Origin: Callorhinchus milii | Taxonomy: Eukaryota | Direction of reading: 5' to 3' | Length of the DNA stretch: 64,000 bases | NCBI RefSeq assembly: GCF_018977255.1 | Contig: NW_024704743.1 | Coordinates: 40,674,001-40,738,000 of the forward strand | In this document: one piece after another, positions 40,713 through 53,829 of the stretch | How positions within the stretch are numbered: the stretch's first letter is position 1 | Layout: each line of letters opens with the position of its first letter | Translations under genes and position numbers: made by a program | The notes under the pieces: generated by a model | Database searches by the model: none | Told to the model about the DNA's origin: nothing | What the model saw: only the letters and a program-made list of their open reading frames with translations

Positions 40713-43700
40713 CGCTTTTCCAGGCATAATAATCCCTTCAAAATAATAATAATAATTTGGTCATTCAATCCAAGACTGTTTGTGGGTCACTTCTGTGCGC
40801 AATTGGCTGATGAGTTTCACTCACAGAATATACAGTTAATTCACTTTACGATGTATTCTGTGAAGTGCTTTGAGACGTCTTGAAGACATGATAAGGTGCT
40901 ATATCAAATGCAACGATTGTTATTATCATTAATCTGAACTTGATTATTGCAATATTGCTAATCGCCTCTCTTACTATATGAAAAAAGAAGTGACACAAAT
41001 ATTGCGAAATTTAATAATCTAAATGTTACAGAGTCCAGGATCTGCAAAGTAGGCAAATTATAGTGGCATTAATGAGTTAATTTAAATATAAGAGAACTGT
41101 CCTTGGTAAAAAAATTCCTTTCTCACTGGTTTTGAACTCAAATTAAACTCTTTTATAAACTGTAATCCAGATAGGGAAGCATTCACACAACTCACAAATA
41201 CAAATTAGAAAACAAATAAACCAGGAAACAAACACCTTTTAAGACAATGGTAAAATATTGCTAGCTGTTCTCAAGAGAATATTTTTTTACTTAAAATAAA
41301 CAGTAAGGCTGAACACTCAGAGTTTGGTATGATTAGAAGTTTCACATTGTTGGAACAGTATTACTCTGCAATTCTAAGATGTAATGGGTAAGGTGGTCCT
41401 AGTTGAATAAACAGTGGGAAGATTGCCAATCAGTGTTTTCAACGGCAAGCTTTTTGGTTTTAGCGGGTTAAACTCCAACGGTACCCAACACACATTCTAG
41501 GATTCCCAAGCCTTCACTCTTGCCAAATTTGCTGAATACTCTTGGGAATTTGATAAGCAGAATATATTCCCCCAGGGAGAGTATGCATTCCATTCCAGAT
41601 TCAATGTTGGTGGCATATGTTTTTGACATCAACTATTATATAATCTTGCCACTTTGAATCTCCTGGTGTCAGTCCAATACTGTATGTTTTGGGGATGGGG
41701 CACATGCACCAGCAATGAGTTCAAGAGAGAAAACAAAATAGCACGCAAGCTGCTTTAAGCGAACAGGGGCCAAGTGAATGAATTGAGCCCTTCCCCATAG
41801 CATGCCATTGAAATGCCTGGGATAAAAATGGAAACCTGAAATCGCTGATCTCTGTGGAGAAGGTGAATGAGACACGATAACTGAGATAATGATAACCTAG
41901 TAAGAAGTTTTATTCAATTGCATTCAAACAGACAGCGATGCACTTTATACTCAAAGTACTTGCTCTGACCTTACCTTCAAAAAGTACTTGGACAGAATCA
42001 CACCGTCAAAGATCCTATCACCAGTTGTGCAAAATTAAGGAACATGTATCCTATGGGTGATGGAAGCTTGGCAGCTAATCACAACAACATTTTTTTTTTG
42101 CTCTTTCTCATCACTGATACTGGAATTTCTAGAATAATCATTTAGAAACTCAATTTGAAATTAAAAGCAATTTCCGTCTGCACTTCATCATTTAAAATCA
42201 AACACTTATACTTTCTCATTAGAAAGTGTTTGCAAATGGAAATCATTCTTCATGTAGTGCTGCTCATCTTCATAAAATAATACTTTGGAACCAAGTATGG
42301 CAAGCGATAAAAGACAGCTGCATATTTTATATTGCTAAGGAAAATGTGATTGGTGAGGGGAGACTAAAATCATTTTTCTCTTCATTATCTTAATAATATT
42401 TGAAATTATTACTTTTCCCATTTCTAGAAATGCTAAAACTTTCATACAAGTATTGTTAGGAACAGGAATCATCTATATTGCAGCTTCATCTTTTTATCCC
42501 TTGTTTCTGTGAGCATCATCTATAATTGGATTGACTTTCCACTTTCACTTGCACAAACTCCATATGCCCATCACCTCAATCCTCCCCATCCTTCGTTGAC
42601 TCTACAGCTCTGATCGGATCGAATTTCAAGATCCATTCACTCTCACATGGAAATCCCTTCACACCTACGGTAATCTTACTCCACTCCTCTGCCCTACCCT
42701 TTCACTCAGCTACACAGATCTATTGAACGTCCCCTACCCACTCCACTCCACCATTGGTGGCTGTACCTTCATTGACCATTCCCCTCATTTCTTTTGCATC
42801 ATTTGCTCCACCTTACTCCTTCCTTAACAAACGTTAAATTCACCTGAAAACCTATCTCTTTGACCACACCTATGGTCACTGTACAATGTTCAGAGTCGAT
42901 TCTCCACCATTTTACAGTGCTCTGAGATGTTATCCTATGTGAAGTGCGCAACATAAATACAAGTTGATCTTGTTGTTGGCGTTAGCAGGTGAGCATAAAT
43001 TAACTTCTGCTGTTCAGTAATATGCCAAGCTTTCCAATGTTGGGTACTTATAGAATTTTTTCGAGTCAGGTACATATGATCCAAAAATATAGTTCAATAT
43101 AGTTCATACTTCAAAAGAATCTGAAATTATGTTAAGTTTAAACAAACACACAAGAGATAAAAATGATTGGCTACATGAGTGCACTGTTACTTTTTCTCCA
43201 TTAGATACCAAATGAATGATATAATAATATTTAAAAAATCTTGCATTTGATATTGCACATTTCACGCCAATGTCTTTCACATCTCAGAGTGCATTTTGTA
43301 TATAAAAAGTGACTGTGTATTTTGCAAGGTAACAGGGTAGAAAGTAAAAAGAACAGAACCATTCAGTCCAGGGAAACAAGAGTTTATCTCTGTACTCCCT
43401 ACAATGTTTGGGTTCAACTATTTTCTTTTGAGCAGTGAGTGGTGATTGCATGATTGGGGCATGAAGATTTGATCACAGTGTGAATTATCATTCCCATCGT
43501 CCAGATAAGAACAGATTGCTGCATTGGTTAAAGTTCTGTTCATCTGATAAGGAACTGATAAGCTGTATGACTATGCCCATTGTGTGAACACTGATTTCTT
43601 GGAAAAGGTCTATGACTTCAACATATTCAGAACTCCATCGTTCGAATACTCACCCACTCTAAACTCCATACCCTCATCACACAAGTCCAGTCCTCATCAG

Positions 43701-45280
43701 GCTCCACGGTCCCTCTATCACAGCATGGATCAACTTCAAGATCCGTACACTCATCTACAAATCCTTTCATTACCCTGGCACCTCCCATCCTTTCTGACTT
43801 GCTTACTCCCCATCCTGCCACCTCCACTCGGCTGGCTCAGGCTTCTAGTTTATCCCTTGTCCCTTCCGCTCCACCATCGACAGCTGTGATTTCAGCCATT
43901 ATGCCATGGAACTATCGAACTCTCTCCTTCAATTCCACTGCCTTGCCTACTCCTTCCCCTTTTTCAGATCATGCCTGAGGACTCTTCGACTGTACTTACA
44001 TTCAGCCTTAAGGGTCATATATAAATGCAAGCTATTGCTGTTTTTATAGAATTTTGTTAAAAATGATAAAAAATTGAACACTATTCATATAATAATTTAA
44101 TTGTAATGAAATATCCTACAATAAGTCTACTGAACATTACCTTAAATGATTCATGTCAAATTGAACGTCAGCTTTAAATAAATGGTAAACTTCTAAGTAA
44201 AGATATGCAAAAATGTGTATAAAGATGTAATAACATTTTTGTGACACCTGATTAATTCAGAATTGGAACCAGTGTTCACATGTTCTAATCTTATTTGATG
44301 ACACCATTTATTACACTTTAATCCTCAACTGAAATTCAGTTTACTTTTCAGTAAACAGTAATATAATTAGTTAATCATTAAAACATTGCAAGCATGCTAT
44401 GTTAACTTGTCTGAACCTTCAAATTATTACAAAGTGATAATTAACTTGAAGCCAGATGCATACAGCATAATAAGTGGCTAATTTTGGAATAAAAAACATT
44501 AATTTCAACTGAATGGTCCTGATGGCATTGTGAGGAATGAAAACAGAAGCTGTGAGTTGGAAGAACCAAGATTGCATTCCTGTTGTAAATTCATTACCAA
44601 AGATTTGCCTTTTTATATAATGATGTTTGTGATTGCATAGCTTGATATTGATTTCAATTTTCTTTTCAAATAAATGCTCAAAATTTGAGCATTCTCACAT
44701 TAATATACCAATACAATTACATGGCATTGACGTGAAATGCACAATGGAACAACAATTAATCACTTGGTGATGAATTGTTTGACATGTCCTATGCATTGTT
44801 CGATGTTGCTGGGAAACCTCTGACCTCTGGCCAATCACCCTCTGTGTCAAGAAAGCAGTTGCTGAAGACATTACCTGTAGCTTGAGTTCTTGAACACCCG
44901 TCTGTACATCCAGGACATCTCAAAGTGTTTGACTTCTGGCAGGGTACCCAAGTTGGGGGTAGGAGCCAAGAGGGATGGGAGGGGAAAGATGCCCAAAAGT
45001 ACAGTCAAAAAGGTAGCTCTTGGAAGAGTCGGATAGACTTTTTGACAGTGAATATCCAGAAAGTAGTTGAAGCAGAATCAATTGTGTGTACAATCATTTG
45101 CTGATTAATTTCAACAGATATAGACTGAATTATCAAACAATAATAATATTTACATTTATAAAGCACCTTTCACATCAGGAGGATACCTCATAGCATTCCC
45201 CAAGATTTACTGTAAATGGACTTTGTATAGCAATGTTCCACAAATGGCCATGAAGTGAATGACTAATAGTATCTGAAAGA

Positions 45281-45596
45281 TAATAATAATAATCCTTGCA
45301 TTTGGTATAGCGCTTTTCATGTCTTCTGGACGTCTCAAAGTCCTTCACGGAATATGCTGTAAAGTGAATTGACTGTATATTTGTGGGTGAAACATGGCAG
45401 CCAGTTGTACACAATAGTGTCCCACAAACAGTCGTAGATTGGAAATGACCAATTAATTATTGTTTTGTTTTTTTGGAGGGATTATTATTAGGCTTGTGGA
45501 GTAAGCAAACTTGCCCAAGGTTTCGCCCTGCCTGGAATTGAACCCAGGTCTCTCGCTTGCAAAGCGTGTGCTCTAACCACTGAGCTACAGGACCCC
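45281..45596 (-). mobile_element. Young SINE nested in an older Deu-SINE (~45140-45720)
   Basis: Full head-to-tail copy; the host resumes as ggattgttggccaggacac. Confidence 0.9.
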
Positions 45597-46918
45597 ACTA
45601 GGATTGTTGGCCAGGACACTGGGGAGAGACTCCCTTCGCTTTTTGAATAATGCTATTAGGTATATAACATCCATCTGAAGAGGTAGACAGGACCTCACCT
45701 CAGTTTGATATCTTATCTGCAGGCACGTTACACTTCTCCACCACTTTTACAAAGAATGGGTATGTGGCATAGATAGACCTAATGTGGGAGGGAGAAGAAA
45801 ACACAGAAGTAACTTGCCCTTCCCTCCAATCTAACTTAATGAGACACAATGCTGCATTGCAAGTAAATTGTATTCAGCAGATCAGATAATTACTTTTTAC
45901 AAAAATTTCACTCTAAAGGGATCCAAGCAGAAATAGCATGCTATTTTTTTTGTGTCACAGCTCCAAACTTCAATTTGCTGGACTTCTTTCTTTTGTTATT
46001 GTGTCAAATCCTGAATCCCTCATGTGTGATAACTAAATGACTGTGGTTGTTATCTTTATGGAGTTACTGTTTGCGTTCTGTTGGTTCTATGATGGAGTGA
46101 ATGCCTCCAGGCAGCACTAATTGGAGCGTAAAACATGTTTAAATTGAAGATTTTCATTCCATAATGGCTTAAGAGAGATCTAGTAACTGACAGGAAAGCA
46201 GTCAGCCATTGGCTTGAGCCCAGTTATAGACACATTCCAGCTTTAAGCAGGAACCCCTGGGATTTGGCTAATATTTGGAATATCACTTTTCAATCAGTTT
46301 TCTTTCTTTTGTTTTAATATTAAAGAAAAATCAAGTTCAAAATTTCTGTCACAAATTAAAAAAAAGGTAATTTGCTGTATCTTTTGTAAAAGCTATTATT
46401 TCAGAGGCATGTGTTACAAGTCGCAAAGAGAAAAATAACTTCAATTGTCACAGTACTTGCTCTTCCAATTTCTCCCTGACTCATTTAGTAGAATTCCCGA
46501 TCACCTCTGAGTCAGAAAGTTGTGGGTTCAATGATGTGTTCCAATGACTTGATACGTCTGATCACAGACAATGGGAGATTGGATCGCCCATAAATAGAAC
46601 AACAATAGAAAACTATAACACTAGTTAAATTCGGGAGGTCACCTGCAGAGCATCAGTCAGATATTACCTATGAGCTGATAAAAAAAATTTTTTCTCTTGC
46701 TCTACCACTATCCTTGATGAAAGATGGTAGCTGGACAACAGTGAGAAGCAGCTGTGGAACAAACAGTGTGCTATAAAGTGGCGAGGATGTTCAGACTGAA
46801 GCAGGTTTCGAATCATCATCTCATCTCCAGTTTCATAACAGAGTATTTGTGGTAATTAACATTAAATTAATTATGAATGTCACTAATTTCTCCCCAACGA
46901 TTCACTCAAGACTTTAAC

Positions 46919-47231
46919 AGTCCTGTAGCTCAGTAGTTAGAGCACTCGCCTTGCAAGCGAGACACTTGGGTTCAATTCCAGGCAGGGCGAAACCTTGGGC
47001 AAGTTTCCTTACTCCACACGCCTAATAATAATCCCTCCAAAACAAAACAATAATAAATTGGTCATTTTCAATCCATAACTGTTTGTGGGACATTGCTGTG
47101 CGCAATTGTCTGCTGCGTTTCGCCCACAAATGTACGGTCAATTCACTTTACAGTATATTTTGTAAAGCGCTTTGAGATGTCTAGAAGACGTAAAAAGCGC
47201 AATATCAAATGCAAAGATTATTATTATTATT
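46919..47231 (+). mobile_element. Young SINE
   Basis: Full copy; ttaacagt at both junctions (TSD or microhomology). Confidence 0.92.
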
Positions 47232-47762
47232 AACAGTGGCTACAATTTTGTTAATGTGATAATTATCACATCACATATCAAACTTTTTTTCAAATTGGTT
47301 CTTGACCAATTAAAAACTTTGTTCAATCTTAGGTTTGAAGAAAACTAATATCAGGAAAATGATAATGATACTATGATCTCAAAAGAATGTGACTTTTCAA
47401 ACTTATTGTGGCTTTGTTATGAAAATCAACTTCTGCAGTAGTATCTGAATATGTATGACACTGATTAAAGATCTGTTTGTTTTAAAGTAAAATCCCTGAC
47501 TACAATCTTGCCCTAAGAATCTTCACAACATTGTTTTTTGAATCTTTTCAGAAAACAAAATGAAACACAGATGCAAGTTTGTTTCGTTTATTAATCCAGG
47601 TACAATCATTTCTAAAGCAAGGCTTACATTTGATCAGGTTGTCAAATCATGTTTCCTACAGATAATAGTATTTCCTGGTAAAGTTTTATTTGCAAAACTA
47701 TCAGAGTAGAATAAAGAACCCTGAGGCTACATTTTTTGGTCTTCTTTCCACTTGCAAGGCTA

Positions 47763-48460
47763 CTACAACAACAACAACAAGATTTCATTTATAGAGCGCC
47801 TTTCACGTTGGGAGGATGTCCCAAGGTGCTGGACAGTTGGGTCGGGACCCGAGCAGGGGGGAAATGGTCAGGGGAAGGGAAGAGAGGGAGTGAGGAGGGG
47901 GTAGAGAGTCGAGAGGGGAGCTGAAGGCACAGTCGAAGAGAAAGGTCTTGAGACCGGCCTTGAAGGAAGAAAGGGAGGAAGCAAGGCGAAGGCACTGGGG
48001 GATGGAGTTCCCGAGCCTAGAGGCTGAGAGGCTGAAGGCCTGGCCACCGATGTTAGGGCGGTTAGGGTGGGGGATGTGGAGCAGACCGGAGCCAGAGGAA
48101 CGGAGGGCACGGGCAGGTATGTGGGGGGATAGTAGGTCGGAGAGGTAGGAGGGAGCAAGGCTGTGAATGGCCTTGTAGGTGAGGATTAGGATCTTGAATT
48201 CAATCCTCTGAGGATGGGGAGCCAGTGGAGGCGAGCGAGGGTGGGAGTGATGTGTTCCTGAAGCCTGGTGCGGGACAGTACATGAGCTGCAGAGTTCTGA
48301 ATGACCTGCAGCTTATGGAGGGAGGTGCCGGGAAGGCCGGCGAGGAGAGAGTTCCCATAGTCCAGCCTTGAGGTGATAAAGGCGTGGACCAGGGTTTCAG
48401 CAGCGTGAGGGGTGAGGTAGTGCCGTAGTCTGGCGACATTCCGGAGAAGGATATTCTGGC
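47763..48460 (-). mobile_element. Young L2 3' fragment
   Basis: AAETLVHAFITSRLDYGNSLLAGLP...LHWLP; (caa)n tail. Confidence 0.93.
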
Positions 48461-48683
48461 TAGAAGGCTGGCTGTATGTTGAATATCCAAAGAACCTTGT
48501 GGAAGATTTATAGATACAAGTGTTGTCTGTCAAATGTTAAAGATCTGAGCTGTAAATGCTTTAACAGTGTCTTGTATTTTAATTTGTTACCAAATTCAAT
48601 CTGCCGTTGGAGTTGGATCCTTCAATCTGCATTTTACTTCAGGCACAGAGAATTAAAGTTATTTTTATCCAGTATTGTGCCAG
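48460..48683 (-). pseudogene. SEA-like module remnant 2, abutting an L2 fragment
   Basis: Acceptor tgtgtgttcgaacag. Reads SLCLK*NAD, then after a frameshift LKDPTPTAD*IW*QIKIQDTVKAF...VSINLPQGSLDIQ, matching the SEA pattern Y-x-x-D-L-x-D-P...L-x-x-G-S-hydrophobic. Confidence 0.45.
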
Positions 48684-48999
48684 CTGTTCGAACACACAAC
48701 AGATAAAATCAGATAGGGTGGAAGGATAGCAAATTAACAACCATCTAAAAGAAAAAAATGGGTTTGGGTGTGACCTTCATAGGAGCTCCACTATATCTAA
48801 GGGTATAACTAAGTCATACAGACTAGCAAAGTTCCATGTTCAGTTCCCAAAATGTGCTAAGTTGAGTACAAACGGCTTTAGTTTATTGGAGAGACATATC
48901 CAAAAAATTAATTTGTTGTGCTTCAGATAACCAATGACCCTGCAATGCATTTCCACAAGTTTCTATTTTAAATTTTTAATCATTAGCAATTTTTTTGTG

Positions 49000-49281
49000 T
49001 TTATCATCTTGGAATGTGCACGTCATGGCATGACAGCATGAAGAGAATCGAATATATCCTGCTATGAACTGCATCAAGGTTCTTCAGTCAAGCATAATAC
49101 CTACAAAAATGTTTGTACATCCAGAATTTGATTTGTATTAGGGAAAGACATGCAAACCAACCTCAATCATGATTCTATATATTTCCTGGAAGAAAATATC
49201 GATGTTCTTGTCTAATCACTTCATTAATTTTCTGTTATTTCCATATTCCCTTCAAAGCAGTTTCGTGATGAACTCTCGACC
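49000..49281 (-). pseudogene. SEA-like module remnant 1
   Basis: Very strong acceptor tttttttcttcttcctcctccaattccacag. Reads SRVHHETALKGIWK*QKINEVIRQEHRYF, shifting to FQEIYRIMIE...LMQFIAGYI. Stops in all three frames. Confidence 0.35.
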
Positions 49282-49638
49282 CTGTGGAATTGGAGGAGGA
49301 AGAAGAAAAAAATACATTTATTTACATTTCTAATCAGGGTAGTTTGTTTTATTCACAAATCAGTGCAGATTAAAAAGCATTGTACTAACTGTTTTAGATT
49401 GTTGGGGATACAGACCAACCAGGAATTTGATGGCAAGAAAAACATTTGCAGCCAATTTATTGCTCGCGTTTATTCTGATCTCCTACATCTGAACTGATTG
49501 TAAGCAACACATTGAATAACACAATAAATTATACACCTAAGCAAGTGACTAAATGAAGGTCTTGACCTCTAAATATTGCTACATGTTAATACCAGTCCCA
49601 GGGCTGATCAAGAAATGCCATTTGTGGCCAAAACGTGC

Positions 49639-49956
49639 CTGAAATAGTCTTGTTTACAGAGAAATCTACAGCCAGGAGATTAGATTCAGAGTTGTCATCA
49701 ATCCCGTAGATCCATGCAACAATGTAGACTGTCTGTCAGGAGGTTGTTACCGGGGAAGAATGTCTGACAGGAGATTGTTTGACAGTTGAACATAATCTCC
49801 TGGAATAAAAGAATTTAGTAGAAGCTTCACTAAAGACATGTCAAAGAAACCATCAAGGGGAAGCGAGTATTCAACCACCAAGCCAGGGAGCAAGGGGAAG
49901 AATACAACAGCAGTTGAATGAGCCTCCTGTATCTGAGAGTAGAGCAGCACATCCAT
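49639..49956 (-). pseudogene. Fn3-like exon remnant
   Basis: Reads MDVLLYSQIQEAHSTAVVF..., with frameshifts to NNLLTD and TVYIVAWIYGIDDNSESNLLAV. Possible GC donor cag|gcacgt. Confidence 0.4.
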
Positions 49957-50774
49957 CTATTTAGCTTGGGACATTTACAAGAAAGGAGGAACTAATGTCG
50001 GAGCCAAAACTACTAAATCTACTAAATATTTTCCAACTCATTTCATCACTTTGAAGAAGCACATTTTTAGACTTCTGTTGAAGAAAAATTGAACGCGGAC
50101 GAGATGGAGGGATTTTGGAAATAGTGTCAGTGAGTGGGGACAGATTAGCTCAGCTGCCAATGATGGGATAACTAGGAAAAACATATGGCTCCTTTAGTCT
50201 TAAACATTCTTTCGTGTTTGGGTTATTGGCTTTGGAGGGTGGCTTTGGTAAGGTAGCTATGGCTTATGGCTAAAGAACTTCTTCCCCAAATAACAGTAGA
50301 ACACACACACATGCACACACACATCAATCAAGTCGAAGGCACTGTGACCAATTATAAAATAAATATTGGGTATGCTCAATTCGCAGTTGATAGCTAGTGA
50401 TCAATCAGCATGTGATCTGCTGTATATATCTTGTATGAGGTTTGAGCACATGCTTTGCCAATGGTTGAAGACTCAGTGACAGTCTGTCCGGGGGTGAGAG
50501 GCCAGGGCTGGCATGTGAGGCATGGATGCCTCAGGCTCCAAGCTAATGTCTGTTTAAAGTAATCTTGTGTTTTTGATTCTTATGCAGTGTGTTGTACAAA
50601 AAAATTATTCAATCTTTGTACAATGTTTTAAACAGACAAGGCCTTTCCTTTGGTTATTTTCTCTGATTTGCCTTTATATCATCACGAAGAATCCTTTATT
50701 GCTTTATTCAGCTGATACCAGAATATGTGAAATGCCATTAACATCGTTCAAAGTACTCTGACCATCTCCGCCTG

Positions 50775-51398
50775 TTAATTAGTAGTGATTGATTGTGCAG
50801 TATAATTACCAATACTCCGAAAATCTGTTCCGTTTTAATTACTGTGGAGTCCTATAACTCAGTGGTTAGAGCATTCGCCTTGCAAGCAAGACACCTGGGT
50901 TCAATTCCAGACAGGGCAAAACCTTGTGCAAGTTTCTTTACTCCACACGCCTAATAAAAATCCCTGCAAAACAAAACAATAATAAATTGGTCATTTTCAA
51001 TACACGACTGTTTGTAGGACACTGATGTGCGCAATTGGCTGCCGCATTTCGCCCAAAAATATATGGTCAATTTACTTTACAATCTATTCTGTGAAGCACA
51101 TAGAGACGTCGAGATGATGTGAAAAGCGCTATATCATATGCAAGGATTATTATTTTTATTATTATTACTGTAAACTAAACAATCAAAATCTTCATGTTCC
51201 AAACTTAAAGCATTATTAACATGATCATTTACTATCATTCTAGGGAGAATTTGATTTCTCTTGTTTTTAGGGTTTGTCTCAGGGAACCTTCTTACAACTA
51301 TAACCACCTCAATGTCCGTATAACGTTTTGTAAGAGAACTTTTTTTCCAGCCTATCCAGCCCAATATATCTTTTTTTACCAGAGCTCAAATTCAGATT
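50775..51398 (-). pseudogene. Fn3-like exon interrupted by a young SINE
   Basis: Acceptor cctccctcccctccctccctataccag. Reads ...IGWKKSSL...NNALSLEHEDFDCLVYSN; removing the SINE and one TSD copy (attactgt) continues as *NGTDFRSIGNYTAQSITT. Confidence 0.5.
50846..51163 (+). mobile_element. Young SINE with 8-bp TSD
   Basis: attactgt at 50838-50845 and 51164-51171. Confidence 0.92.
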
Positions 51399-51559
51399 CT
51401 GGTATAGGGAGGGAGGGGAGGGAGGCTAAAACATAATTTACTGACAGTATATGACTGTGTTAGTTCCCATTACTGGTTTACAAATAAACTGTGGAATTTG
51501 CAAAGAAATTTGCTTGAACAATTTTGTAAGAGTGGCCTCTAATGGCAGCAACAGCAATT

Positions 51560-52480
51560 TATAATTTTATTGTGCTTTCATTGTTGGAAGAACACTGCAA
51601 AATACTTCACACAGCTGACTGCAAGCCTGAGTTGAGGGTGGAGAATGGGGTGGGGGGGGGGGGTAGTTGTGTAAAGTAGGGGAAAGATGCTGAAAATGAA
51701 TTTGAAGAAATAGGTCTTGAAGAAATCTGGGATATTGCTATGCACAAATTGACTGCTGCATTTTCTGCAAAGTGTAGAACTGTGCAAACAATTTGCACAC
51801 AGCAATATCACAGATTTCTCTCCTAGAGAGCGGGGATAGAACAGCTGATGATTTGCTCACTGATGGTGGGACAGATCGGGTAGTGAACATGAATGGTTGT
51901 TGTGAAGTGGGAGCAGCCTGGTCATAATTGCAGGAGACTGCAATGGTTGGGTAGAGAAAGGTTATGGAGGCATTTGAATGTGAGGACAAACATCTTGAAT
52001 ATAATACACTGGGGATGAGCAGCCACTGCAACAAAGTGAAGATGGAGATAATGGGCTCTCAAAGTCTGGTGAGGAGAGGTAGTGAACCTCTGTGTGGTCT
52101 GCAGCTTGTAAAGGGTGGGTTTTGAGAATCCAAGAAAGTCATTGGAGTAATTAAGTTTGCAATTTATGAAGGCATGAATGAGGGTCACAACAACCTGGGA
52201 GGAGAGATAATGGCAGAGGCAGGTGATTGAGAGGCAATATTGAAAGATAATGAGGTCCTGAATTGCCTCCGTGACAAAGAATGACAATCCTTGCAGCTCG
52301 ATGCAGTCAGCGTCTGAGGCGAGAAGGCAGTGACGGGAGCCAGGCGGTCGTGTCAACATTCAACTTTAGGAAGTTAGATTTCATGCAGGACTTGCTGTCT
52401 GACAGGCAATCAGTCAGAATGGCATAGGTACTGCAGTCGAGGGTAGAAGCAGAGAAATGGAATGGTGCATCCTCTTGCGG
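51560..52480 (-). mobile_element. Old L2 3' fragment with a nested SINE piece (~51730-51815)
   Basis: DCLSDSKSCMKSNFLKLNV and TLIHAFINCKLNYSN. Confidence 0.8.
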
Positions 52481-52735
52481 CCATTGTTTTATTGGTTTCG
52501 AAATGCACAAAAACGGTCACGGAGCAAAAGTGAATAGCAAACAGCCTTTTACCAGCTTTTGGGTTGTGAATGTTTGTTTTGCAAACTGAAAGCCATTTCT
52601 GTATTTTCATTTGAAAGTAACGGTTGCAATAAGCAAAACAATGTCCGTTTTATGAATCCTGCATTTTCAGAGCCAAGATTCTTTAGAGTTCTATCATGCT
52701 CACTGCTCAGATTGAAATTTACACAGTGTTTGGCT
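52480..52735 (-). pseudogene. Fn3-like remnant
   Basis: Reads CVNFNLSSEHDRTLK..., then after a frameshift KTNIHNPKAGKRLFAIHFCSV. Confidence 0.4.
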
Positions 52736-53829
52736 GCATATCTTAATCTCTTTTTCTCAATGTATTTACACTTTAATTTGACAAGACCAAGAAATCAATC
52801 AATCCAAATTGCTCTTTCACTTGGTGAAAGCTGAAACCACTTTCCAATTAAAAGCTTGATTCAAGTTAAGAATTGGATACACAACTACTATCTGATCACC
52901 AGGGAAGACAGATAATAACAACAGCATCATCATAAAGAGAATTGTCAATGTCTATAAAGTCACCATCAACCAGTGATCTATCCTGTAGCTATTCACAAAT
53001 GACAACTGCATGAGGAAACAACTTGTTGGCACAAAAAAGAAAAGGGTGTCATACATTATCTGAGCTGAAGCTGCGATACAATGCTGGGGGAGTGTTGCAT
53101 TGTCAGAGATGCCATTGTTCGGATGAGACGTTCGACCAAGGTCCCGTCTGGCTGTTCAGGTGGATGTCAAAGATCACACGGCACTATTCAAAAACAGAAA
53201 GGAGTTTCTCACAGTGTCTTGCCAAAAATCCCCCAAATAAAATTGATCCTTCACTTCATGGCTGTTTGTGGAACATTGTTGTGCACAATTGGGCTGCCAA
53301 GTTCACCTACAACACACACAGTTGCTCCACTTTACATATATGCTGTGAAGTCTTTGGCATGTCCTCCTGATGTGAAAGACACTATACCAAATGCAAAAAT
53401 TATTATTAATACATCCAAACATTTGAATTGGGATAGTAATAACTTTCCAAATGTTTAAAATGCTGCTCCACTTTCGGTTCAGAATTAAGGATCAGAGTTT
53501 ATTTTAGCCCAAAAGATTGCTTGAGAAGACTTAAAATGTCAAAATGCAAGATAACACCTACACATATTTCTGAACAGATTTATGCTGAAAGCCCTGGGTG
53601 CTGGAGACTCTTTTAATATTGTTAGAATTCATTTTCACTTGTGACCCTAAAAGCTATCAGAAATAGAAATCTTCATTGCTTCGGCATGGGCTTGATAACA
53701 GCACATGAGCTGTGAATAGAGGTGTGGACCTTTCTAAAGATCTATACCACCCAGTTCCCAGACTGTTATCTCACATATTGACCTTCATTTTTGTAGGCTT
53801 GAGTTGCTGTCCAGCTCAGGAAAAATCAC

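Noticed and set aside
41970..42075. Possible EGF- or ZP-like exon ending at gaag|gtaagg
   Set aside because: The donor is good but no frame gives a convincing motif; left unassigned.
49160..49281. Frame with two in-frame TGA codons (GREFITKLL*REYG...) as a selenoprotein, carboxypeptidase or integrase exon
   Set aside because: No SECIS or catalytic motifs recognised, and neighbouring segments carry TAA/TAG stops and frameshifts, so ordinary decay is simpler.
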